Part shown: positions 24,592 to 32,000 of the stretch, in pieces
How positions within the stretch are numbered: the stretch's first letter is position 1
Layout of the letters: each line of letters opens with the position of its first letter
DNA from: Nanopusillaceae archaeon
Lineage (GTDB): Archaea; Nanobdellota; Nanobdellia; Nanobdellales; Nanobdellaceae
DNA: 32,000 nucleotides
NCBI GenBank assembly: GCA_049973735.1
Contig: JBMFJL010000001.1
Location: 1 to 32,000 of the forward strand
Reading direction: 5' to 3'
Program-made: the position numbers and the translations under genes
Notes under the pieces: generated by a model
Told to the model about the DNA's origin: nothing
Seen by the model: only the letters and a program-made list of their open reading frames with translations
Databases searched by the model: none

Positions 24592-24640
24592 TCAGAGCTC
24601 AAGACCCTCATCACCTATCAGACGAGGGGTTTTCTTCACT
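24592..24640 (-). ncRNA. C/D-box sRNA candidate
   Basis: Minus strand reads A-GTGAAGA (C variant) - AAACCCCTCGT (11) - CTGA (D') - TAG - GTGATGA (C') - GGGTCTTGAGCT (12) - CTGA (D). This is the most G+C-rich spot of the 24558-24691 spacer, with an A/T-rich TATA-like tract upstream on the minus strand. Confidence 0.6.
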
Positions 24641-24691
24641 CAGAAAATAATTTAAAAAATTATAAAAAATTATTTGGTACTACTCTTTCTT

Positions 24692-25753
24692 TTATTTTCT
24701 TCTGCTATTAATTTTCCAGATTTCATACTCTAATTCATTGGACAATTCTATAATATCATTAACATCAGTAAAATTACCAGATAATATTTTGCTATATGTT
24801 TGATTTATAATATCTATAGATTTATTTACTTGTGCACAAATTAGCATTCCTCTACCTCTGGCGCAAAGATCCCTTATTCTTTCTAATACATCTTGTTCTA
24901 CTTCTAATAATCTAATTGCTTTACTTTCTATTACTTCTTCTATTTTGATTTCATTCTTTCTTTTTTCTTTGAATTCTACCTCGATTTCTGCTTTTATTTT
25001 TTGTTTTTCAAATGGTATAGCTACAGTTCCATTTTGTACTTGTGGTAATATACACTTCTCACCTATTTTTCCAACAAATACTTCTCTAATTTCAAACCAA
25101 TCTGTATCCTCACTTATATTTACATATATTACTTTGGGAAGATATTTGCACACCATATTCTCTATTTTATGTGTATCATTTAATGTATATACTGTGTAAT
25201 TTATTCCTAATGAACGCAATTCATCAGGTATTCTTCCTAAGCTACCTTCTTCTCCTGTGAATATGAAAACTTCCTTAACTTGCAAGGTAGTTAATGCTCT
25301 TATCGTAGAATTCCATAGAGAACCATCTGGTACAATTAATATTGGAGCGCTATAATTTTGTGCTAATTGTACAGCTTCTGTTACTAATTTTATCTTTTTG
25401 CCCTTTACATTTTCATTTACTAAATCCCTTGTAAGTATTACTGCATAATTTGAATTGTTCCAGAACAACATAGCTACGTATGCAGATGTATCATATCTTC
25501 TCACACCCCAAATCCACTTGTAACTTATATATGTCTTATTCAATTCATCAAATAGCAGTGTAGATATTACTGCTGGTCCACCAATTATTATAACATTTGT
25601 TACATTATTTTGCAGAAGATATGATACTGTTTGATTTATACTAATTGGATCTTGATGTACTGTATATACTGGTAATCCATATATACTACCTACGACATTT
25701 GCTACAATAAAATCTGCATAAGTTATATTGGTTGTTAAAATTGCAGTAACCAT
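24692..25753 (-). CDS. Hypothetical protein with cell-wall-binding-2 (CWB2)-like repeats and C-terminal coiled coil
   Basis: CWB2-like strings: ADFIVANVVGSIYGLPVYTV...VIIIGGPAVIS; WGVRRYDTSAYVAMLFW..NYAVILT; AVQLAQNYSAPILIVPDGSL...VFIFTGEEGSL. More than ten N-x-S/T sequons, a K/E-rich coiled coil in the last ~100 aa, and no N-terminal signal or TM segment. Confidence 0.55.
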   Translation of the reverse strand: MVTAILTTNITYADFIVANVVGSIYGLPVYTVHQDPISINQTVSYLLQNNVTNVIIIGGPAVISTLLFDELNKTYISYKWIWGVRRYDTSAYVAMLFWNNSNYAVILTRDLVNENVKGKKIKLVTEAVQLAQNYSAPILIVPDGSLWNSTIRALTTLQVKEVFIFTGEEGSLGRIPDELRSLGINYTVYTLNDTHKIENMVCKYLPKVIYVNISEDTDWFEIREVFVGKIGEKCILPQVQNGTVAIPFEKQKIKAEIEVEFKEKRKNEIKIEEVIESKAIRLLEVEQDVLERIRDLCARGRGMLICAQVNKSIDIINQTYSKILSGNFTDVNDIIELSNELEYEIWKINSRRK

Positions 25754-25776
25754 AATGATTATTTACTATATAATTT

Positions 25777-26646
25777 TTATAAATTATTAAGTATTGATTC
25801 CAACTTGTTATAAACATCTTGTATATTTTCAAAAGTAAAACCGGCAGAATGTTTGTGACCACCACCTCCTAAAGCATTTGCAATTTTTAAAACATCCTTA
25901 TTATTTAATGTCCTAATTTCTCCCCTCTTAGAGTTTTCAAAAAGTGTTATAACATAATCGGGATTATCTTTTAACTTTTCTTTTATATACTCTAAAATAT
26001 AATTGGAAGGTATGTTTTCGGTCATTCTAATTATATAAATTTTGTATTTTTCATTAATTATTTTAATATTTTTATCTAAGTCTTTAAAAATATCGTTTAA
26101 TTTCTTCCTAAATTTCTTTATAATCTCGTAGTCAATTATATCTTCTATCCTATTATTTAGAAGTTTTTTTGCTATTGAAATAAAATATATATCATAAGTT
26201 TTAGGGTAAAGATATCTTATTCCTACAACCATATCTACAAAATCTTTTTCCAAACCATTTTTTATCTCTCCAGAATCTATATCATCTATTATATCCAAAT
26301 AATCTGAATTAATATTTAGGTATTCGGCAAGGACTCTTGCGGCAGATTTATAAGGTTTTATATAAAGATTGACTCTTGAAGTCTTTTCTATATTGTTTGT
26401 AATAATATGATGATCTATCCAATGTACTTTTTTAAAATATGATGATAAATATATCGCCTCTTGATTTAAGGCAATATCAATGACATATAATTCTTCTTCC
26501 TTTTCATTATTTTCTATTACTTTTAATAAAGTTTTATTTATTGATCTAGGACTAGAAAAATATACTTTGAACTTATCTCCAAATTTTTTATACATCAAAT
26601 ATAAACAGAAAATTCCATCCGCATCCCAATGTGTTATTACAATCAT
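25777..26646 (-). CDS. DHH/DHHA1-family phosphoesterase (NrnA / small RecJ-like)
   Basis: ITHWDADGIFC (motif I), YVIDIA (motif II), WIDHHI (DHH motif III) and GGGGHKHSAGF (DHHA1 GGGH motif). Its start overlaps the Hef stop by 4 nt. Confidence 0.85.
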   Translation of the reverse strand: MIVITHWDADGIFCLYLMYKKFGDKFKVYFSSPRSINKTLLKVIENNEKEEELYVIDIALNQEAIYLSSYFKKVHWIDHHIITNNIEKTSRVNLYIKPYKSAARVLAEYLNINSDYLDIIDDIDSGEIKNGLEKDFVDMVVGIRYLYPKTYDIYFISIAKKLLNNRIEDIIDYEIIKKFRKKLNDIFKDLDKNIKIINEKYKIYIIRMTENIPSNYILEYIKEKLKDNPDYVITLFENSKRGEIRTLNNKDVLKIANALGGGGHKHSAGFTFENIQDVYNKLESILNNL

Positions 26647-28922
26647 TTATTTTCTTTTTTATATTCTTCTTCAAAAACTTTCTTTATCCTTTCGGCTCTC
26701 TTTTCTCCTACTATATTTTCCAAATCTGCTTTTTGAGCCAAGAAAATATTTTTTAGCGATTTATATTTTTCCAATAATTTTAATGCTAAATTTTCACCAA
26801 TTCCAGGTATAGTTTTGAGTATTTCCAGTTTTACTTGATCTAAATCCTCAAAGTTTTTAGATCTTTCTGGTATTTTTGGAAATTTTTTATAATTTTTTGC
26901 TAGCAAATATAGATAACTTGCAGTCTCTAGAAAATCAGAAGTTCTTATTATTGGTATTCTATACTCTAACATAATTTTTAATATTAAAGTTCTAAGATAG
27001 TTTATGGATATATCGGTTGTTAAACCAATACTTTCATCCGATCCTTCAAGTATTATAATTGGATTTTTGTCTTTTAATTTATCTAACTGATTATATAATC
27101 TTCCGTCCAAAATAGAATTTATGAAATCAATAACAGTCTTCCTTTCTATTATATAATCTCCAATTATATAATCACCATATTCCAAATTTTCTAATCTTAC
27201 TAATATATCTGTATTTGCCAGTGTTTGAATAACTCCAGAAGATTTTTCTTTATAATCCGCGATTATTATTGGTATATCAGAATTTTTATTTATTTTTATA
27301 TCCCTATCATCAATATTTTTTTCCTCTTTACTATACTCTTGACTATCGCTAGATATATATCTAAGTATACTTTCTTTCTTTTCAGTTTTTATTTCCTCTT
27401 TATTCTCCATATTTGTTATCTGTATGTTTGATTTGTTTTCTATTATATTTTGTTTGTTGAGATATTTTTTTAATCTTTTAACTAAAAGAAACATCTTTCT
27501 TTCTTTGGTTATGGCAGTCCAGTAAAATCTTTCATCTAAAGTATTCTTTGTTACAAGTATTATTACTTTTCCAATTTCTCCTCTTCCAGTTCTCCCCCTT
27601 CTTTGTATATATCTAATTTCAGAAGGTACTGGTTCATAGAATATTACAATATCAACCTTTGGAATATCTATACCTTCCTCGCCAACAGATGTAGATAATA
27701 AAACATTAAATTTATTTTCTTTGAATTCGTTAAGTATTTTTGATTGTTCCATTTTATTCATTTCTTTTTTTCCAACTAATCTTTTTGATTTTATTCCTTC
27801 TTTATCACAAAATTCTTTTATTCTATCTAAAGTCTTCCTTATTTGAGCAAAAACAATTATTTTTTTATCCATATTGTTTTTCAAAATTTCAATTAATTTA
27901 TTAAGTTTCGGATGTTCAACATTTTTATTTATAAGTTCTTTAGCTAGATATATAGCTTTTTTAATTCTTATATCGTTTAAAACTTCATAATCTGCTCTAG
28001 TTTTTCTCATATCTTTTTCTAAATCATTAAAATATTCTACAAAAGTATGTAATGTTTGTGTTTCAAGTAACTCTATTGCATGAGCTATTTTTAATAATTC
28101 CGAAAGTATAGATAATATTTGCTTTAGTCTTGGATCTCTGCTATTAAGTTCAAGATTCTTTTTTATCTCTTCTATCCATTCTAATATATCTTTTTTACCT
28201 TTTTTTATATCTATTGATGGATCTAACTCTTTTATTTTATCTAATCTTATTTGTATAGCTCTATCTAGTAACTCTTTTATTTGTTTTAAGTTGTTGTCTA
28301 ATTCTAATTCTACTTTCTCAATTTCTATATTTTTTATATACGGTTTTATATCTTTTTCATATCCAGTTCTAATTTCGATTTTTTCTATATGTAAATTTTC
28401 CATTACTTCTCTTATTCTATCTAGGTTCCATCCTGGTGAGGCGGTTAATCCAATTATTCTTCCATCTTTTGCTTGTTCATAGAATTTATTTGCAATAAAT
28501 GTATATGCATATTTTTTTACTGCTCTATGCGCTTCATCGAATATTATTGTAGAAGCATTATAAAATGTTACCCTGCCACTTATTATATCATTTTGCAAAG
28601 TTTGGGGTGTTGCAAATATTATTTTTGCTTGATTATATAAATAAGATCTCCTTTCTTGATTTGTATCCCCAGTGATCAAAATAGATATTTCCCTATATTC
28701 TGGAAATATTTTTATAAAATTCTGATAATGCTGATTGGCTAATGGCCTTGTAGGTGCTAAAAAGAATATTTTTTTATCCGGATATAATTTAATTCTTTCT
28801 ATTATTAAGAAAAAGGCTATAATAGTTTTACCAGTACCAGTTGGTAAAATAACTAAGGTATTATAATTTTTACAAGTTTCTAATATATTTTTCTGATACT
28901 CTCTTAACTCTATAATACCCAT
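26643..28922 (-). CDS. hef: Hef: SF2 helicase fused to XPF/Mus81-type nuclease and HhH2
   Basis: LPTGTGKT (motif I), FDEAH (motif II), GLTASPG (III), QRRGRTGR (VI) and a K/E/S-rich linker. Then GDYIIGDYIIERKTVIDF (GDxnERKxxxD nuclease motif) and IPGIGENLALKLLEKY (HhH). Confidence 0.9.
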   Translation of the reverse strand: MGIIELREYQKNILETCKNYNTLVILPTGTGKTIIAFFLIIERIKLYPDKKIFFLAPTRPLANQHYQNFIKIFPEYREISILITGDTNQERRSYLYNQAKIIFATPQTLQNDIISGRVTFYNASTIIFDEAHRAVKKYAYTFIANKFYEQAKDGRIIGLTASPGWNLDRIREVMENLHIEKIEIRTGYEKDIKPYIKNIEIEKVELELDNNLKQIKELLDRAIQIRLDKIKELDPSIDIKKGKKDILEWIEEIKKNLELNSRDPRLKQILSILSELLKIAHAIELLETQTLHTFVEYFNDLEKDMRKTRADYEVLNDIRIKKAIYLAKELINKNVEHPKLNKLIEILKNNMDKKIIVFAQIRKTLDRIKEFCDKEGIKSKRLVGKKEMNKMEQSKILNEFKENKFNVLLSTSVGEEGIDIPKVDIVIFYEPVPSEIRYIQRRGRTGRGEIGKVIILVTKNTLDERFYWTAITKERKMFLLVKRLKKYLNKQNIIENKSNIQITNMENKEEIKTEKKESILRYISSDSQEYSKEEKNIDDRDIKINKNSDIPIIIADYKEKSSGVIQTLANTDILVRLENLEYGDYIIGDYIIERKTVIDFINSILDGRLYNQLDKLKDKNPIIILEGSDESIGLTTDISINYLRTLILKIMLEYRIPIIRTSDFLETASYLYLLAKNYKKFPKIPERSKNFEDLDQVKLEILKTIPGIGENLALKLLEKYKSLKNIFLAQKADLENIVGEKRAERIKKVFEEEYKKENK

Positions 28923-28949
28923 AAAAGTATTTTGTATTAAACCTTTTTA

Positions 28950-29231
28950 TTACTTATTTAAAAATTTAGTTATTTTTTCTTGTACATCTTTTTGTATTAC
29001 TATATTAAAATAATCTTCATATTTTTTTATAATATCTTTATCTACATCTCCAACAATTAATATATTCATTTTACCCTTTTTTCTAAATCTTTCTTTATAA
29101 TTTTTTAATGTTTCAAGTATATCTACAATATCGTTTTTGTTTTTTGTTTTTTCATTTATATACCATATAATATCTGGATTTCCATCTAATTTTAGAATCT
29201 TTTCAACTTTGATCATTAAGCTATATCTCAT
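28950..29231 (-). CDS. Hypothetical protein (93 aa)
   Basis: ORF in the same-strand array between trm1 and hef. No motif recognised. Confidence 0.45.
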   Translation of the reverse strand: MRYSLMIKVEKILKLDGNPDIIWYINEKTKNKNDIVDILETLKNYKERFRKKGKMNILIVGDVDKDIIKKYEDYFNIVIQKDVQEKITKFLNK

Positions 29232-29240
29232 ATAATAATA

Positions 29241-30335
29241 TTATATTTTTGGATAATTAATAACTTTTATACCGTAATCTGTGAAATGAGTTCTACACCC
29301 ATTGTTTATTTCCAATATTTTTTCAATTTTAGGTAAATCCTTCTTATAGAAAGAGGCTATTTTTCTTATATCATAATAATACCATGAATCAAATTTTGAA
29401 TCGCAATTTATTATTCTATCAAATGTTTTCTTTTCTTCTTTGTCAAAATCTATTATATTAATATTGTTTTTCATTTTTTCTAAAATCTCTTCTTTGTATA
29501 TTTTTCCCACATATATTGGACCAAGTTTAATTAATTCACTATTACATATATTACATCTTCCACCTTCTAAACTCTTATAGCCACAATTTTTGCAATAGTA
29601 GATTTCTTTAATATTTTCAGTTAGATATTTTATATCCTTGCTTTTAAAACTTTTTAAAAAGAATACTCTATAATGGTGTTTATAATAATAGCCAAAAATT
29701 GGTGTTAGAGCAATATCATATTTTAATCCTTCAGATACTACATATTTTATTAAATTCCTAATTCCAAATTCTAAATAGAAATCTGTTTTTATACCAATTG
29801 TACCATATTTTCTAAAGCATGAACCTTTTTTAGAACCAGACAAAGATGAAATATCTGTAGCGGTTACACCAGCTATACCATACTTCTTTAATGATCTGGG
29901 CAAAAATTCTACAAAGCCAACTGGAGTTCCAAAAGGATCTATATCGATATAGTCAAATTTTTCTTCTAGTAGAATTTTTCTACAATCTTCATTTTTTACT
30001 ATTACTTTATTGTTTATTTCTATATTATTTAATTTAAGATTTTCGATTATATTTTCTACAGCTTCTTTCTTTATATCATTTATTACAATTTTATTTATTA
30101 CTTCTGGTATTTCTTTTATTATTCTTATAGATCTAATACCAGTAGCACTCATGCAGTCTAGTATATCTAATTTTTTACCATACAGATCGTAGTAAGATTT
30201 TAATAACAATATTGTAAAGTCTCTATTTATTTTCATTAACGGATTATAAAATATTGGGAGTTTTGAAGATAAATTCTTTAAAAAATCTTGATTATAATTT
30301 ATTTTTGCTTTTCCTTCACTTATCCAAGTCAACAT
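29241..30335 (-). CDS. trm1: tRNA (guanine26-N2)-dimethyltransferase Trm1
   Basis: ISEGKAKI..., FYNPLMKINRDFT, DCMSATGIRSIR, YIDIDPFGTP and a Cys cluster CKNCGY...CNIC. Confidence 0.9.
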   Translation of the reverse strand: MLTWISEGKAKINYNQDFLKNLSSKLPIFYNPLMKINRDFTILLLKSYYDLYGKKLDILDCMSATGIRSIRIIKEIPEVINKIVINDIKKEAVENIIENLKLNNIEINNKVIVKNEDCRKILLEEKFDYIDIDPFGTPVGFVEFLPRSLKKYGIAGVTATDISSLSGSKKGSCFRKYGTIGIKTDFYLEFGIRNLIKYVVSEGLKYDIALTPIFGYYYKHHYRVFFLKSFKSKDIKYLTENIKEIYYCKNCGYKSLEGGRCNICNSELIKLGPIYVGKIYKEEILEKMKNNINIIDFDKEEKKTFDRIINCDSKFDSWYYYDIRKIASFYKKDLPKIEKILEINNGCRTHFTDYGIKVINYPKI

Positions 30336-30660
30336 AAGCTACACTATCTTTCTTTATTATTTTTATATTGTATTTTGTCGGTGGTTTTCTAATACCCCTA
30401 GACCAAATATAATTATTTAATCTTATAGATAATTTTACTTCTCTAGCCTTAAATCTCAACTTTACAATATCTTTTATAGCCTTTACAGCCCTTTTAGCCC
30501 TCCTATTTATAGGAGATCTCAATATATATTTTCTTATATTTAGCTTTACATGATACTCCTCAATATTTTCTTTCTTTTCTTCCTTTACCTCTTGAACATT
30601 TTGTTGAGATACTTGTTGGGTTTCTAATAATTGAGTATTATTCCCTTCTGACATTATCAT
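30316..30660 (-). CDS. rpl31e: Ribosomal protein eL31 (L31e) with N-terminal Q/E-rich extension
   Basis: EYHVKLNIRK...INRRAKRAVKAIKDIVKLRFKAREVKLSIRLNNYIWSRGIRKPPTKYNIKI matches the L31e core (RA.RAvK.i; lN..iW.rGir.pP). Overlaps trm1 by 20 nt. Confidence 0.85.
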   Translation of the reverse strand: MIMSEGNNTQLLETQQVSQQNVQEVKEEKKENIEEYHVKLNIRKYILRSPINRRAKRAVKAIKDIVKLRFKAREVKLSIRLNNYIWSRGIRKPPTKYNIKIIKKDSVAYVDLDK

Positions 30661-30689
30661 ATTTAAATAACAAAATCTTATAAACTAAT

Positions 30690-31214
30690 ATGCTAAAGAA
30701 ATTCTACTATATTTTGCATCCGAGACCTGCCTATGCCATTGGATCTGGGAGTGTTGAAAATAATGAAATAAATTTCATGGCAGCTACATGGGTAATGCCG
30801 TGTGATGATGAAATAAAGGCAGTTGTATTGGCATGCGAAAGAGAAAATAAAACATTTGAATTAATAGAAAAATATAAACAATTTTCAATAAATGTTATAG
30901 ATGATTATAAATTATTATGGAAATTGGGAACTACATCTGGGAAGGAAATTAATAAGGTAGAAAAATTTAATTTAAAAGTCAAAAAAGGTAATAAGTTGGA
31001 TGTACCTGTATTAGAAAATTCACTGGGAGTTATAGAAGCTAAAGTAATTAATTATATTGATGTTGGGGCTCATAGATTATATATAGGGCAAGTTTTAGAT
31101 TATTATGGAGATGTAGAGGAATATGGACTAAAAGAATTTTGGAAAGTTCCTTTGCATAAGGGTGGAAAAGCCTTTGCTTCAATTAACAAATATTTAAACT
31201 TTATTAAGGATTAG
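30690..31214 (+). CDS. Flavin reductase-like FMN-binding split-barrel protein
   Basis: HPRPAYAIGSGSVENNEINFMAATWVMPCDDEIKAVVLACERENKTFELIEKYKQFSINV fits the flavin-reductase domain pattern (P.p..lv...g..N.m..sw..p.s..P..v.v......t...i.....f.iNv). Confidence 0.7.
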   Translation: MLKKFYYILHPRPAYAIGSGSVENNEINFMAATWVMPCDDEIKAVVLACERENKTFELIEKYKQFSINVIDDYKLLWKLGTTSGKEINKVEKFNLKVKKGNKLDVPVLENSLGVIEAKVINYIDVGAHRLYIGQVLDYYGDVEEYGLKEFWKVPLHKGGKAFASINKYLNFIKD

Positions 31215-31923
31215 ATTTTAATTTTTCTTTTGTTAATCTTAAAACCCCCATCAGGATGGAATATTCTCTTTTTGTTATGAGTGCTTTTCCGACTAGATTT
31301 CTCAATGCTCTATAGATTACTGGCTTTCTATAATCATGCGTTGGGATCAAGTTTACCCATTCTTTAAAACTTTCATATAACAATTTTTTTTCATGACTAT
31401 TCAGTAATTTAAATGTTTTTCTTATAGGATTGTTCTTCGATAAGAATATTTCATATAAAATAATTGCAGCTGCATGTGTTATATTCATTATAGGATATTC
31501 TTCATCTGCAGGAATTGTTATTATAGAATCGAATAAATCTAATTCATCATTATCAAAACCTCTAGATTCTCTCCCAAAAAATATTCCTATTTTCCCATCA
31601 TATTTCCATATAACATTTGCAAGTTCTCTTGGAGTTAAAGGATTTCTTAAAACTTCATTTGCCCTCTTTGATGATACTCCAGTAGTTCCATATGTTATAT
31701 CGAATATATCTACAACTTCCTCCAATTTTTTATATATTTTTGCATTTTTTAATATCTCCCATCCTTTATCTCTTGCAACAATTTTTACTTTTTCTGAAAA
31801 TGGATCAACCAAAGGATTTACCAATATTAAATTTTTAAAACCAAAGTTAGCCATTACTCTTGCCAAAGCTCCAATATTATCTTCAGATTCTGGTTCTACA
31901 AAAATAATATAAAATTCTGTCAT
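31204..31923 (-). CDS. SpoU/TrmH-family RNA 2'-O-methyltransferase (TrmJ-like)
   Basis: IIFVEPESEDNIGALARVMANFGF (motif 1), IFFGRESRGF (motif 2) and IPADEEYPIMNITHAAAIILYE (motif 3, trefoil knot). The C-terminal extension resembles group-1 TrmJ-type enzymes. Confidence 0.8.
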   Translation of the reverse strand: MTEFYIIFVEPESEDNIGALARVMANFGFKNLILVNPLVDPFSEKVKIVARDKGWEILKNAKIYKKLEEVVDIFDITYGTTGVSSKRANEVLRNPLTPRELANVIWKYDGKIGIFFGRESRGFDNDELDLFDSIITIPADEEYPIMNITHAAAIILYEIFLSKNNPIRKTFKLLNSHEKKLLYESFKEWVNLIPTHDYRKPVIYRALRNLVGKALITKREYSILMGVLRLTKEKLKSNP

Positions 31924-32000
31924 GGTTCCAATCTATTTGGATCTCTTGGTAATAATACTGCTTCTTTTACATTTTCTATGTTTAATAATTGTTTGATAAA
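31920..32000 (-). CDS. 3' end of a CDS running in from the window edge (partial)
   Basis: The minus-strand frame is open from 32000 to TGA at 31922-31920, reading FIKQLLNIENVKEAVLLPRDPNRLEP*. The stop overlaps the TrmJ-like ATG as ATGA. Too short to identify. Confidence 0.4.
   Translation of the reverse strand, partial: FIKQLLNIENVKEAVLLPRDPNRLEP

Noticed and set aside
23576-31912. Plus-strand ORFs 23576-23770, 24945-25199, 26480-26812, 27225-27431, 28291-28482, 30010-30192 and 31430-31912
   Set aside because: Each lies antisense within a longer minus-strand CDS: PGM, the CWB2-like protein, DHH/Hef, Hef, Trm1 or TrmJ-like.

Overview
Very AT-rich archaeal chromosomal segment; G+C was judged by eye, not computed. 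Archaeal markers include uL3, eL31, LX, aIF6, prefoldin alpha, full-length Hef, Trm1, a Trm5-family enzyme, an AEP primase, archaellum ArlH/ArlI, and two tRNAs with G+C-rich stems and no encoded CCA. Dense packing, frequent 1-20 nt gene overlaps, TATA boxes about 24-31 nt upstream of ATGs (leaderless style) and broken-up ribosomal and archaellum clusters suggest a reduced, thermophilic DPANN/Nanoarchaeota-like genome. That placement is inference; no database search was possible. About 35 credible CDSs are listed. Three C/D-box sRNA candidates absent from the ORF track were read directly from intergenic DNA (6245-6291 -, 15294-15357 +, 24592-24640 -). The best candidate for an undescribed system is 1820-6251. 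It encodes a small polytopic membrane protein abutting a TED/RRW-motif GT2 synthase with a multi-TM C-terminus. Two adjacent genes follow whose products start with twin-arginine motifs: one mucin-like Ser/Thr-rich, one resembling a clan GH-A glycoside hydrolase. This looks like a synthase-dependent surface-glycan module. Other items: an archaellum cluster lacking archaellin and ArlJ, a single-chain primase with a Cys-poor C-terminal helical domain, and 60-80 aa insertions in MetRS, Trm5 and TyrRS. Also noted are a CWB2-like repeat protein without a signal peptide and an unexplained 325-bp gap containing a G+C-rich patch. No CRISPR array, rRNA or mobile element was seen. All functional calls rest on motifs recognised by eye and need HMM or structure confirmation.
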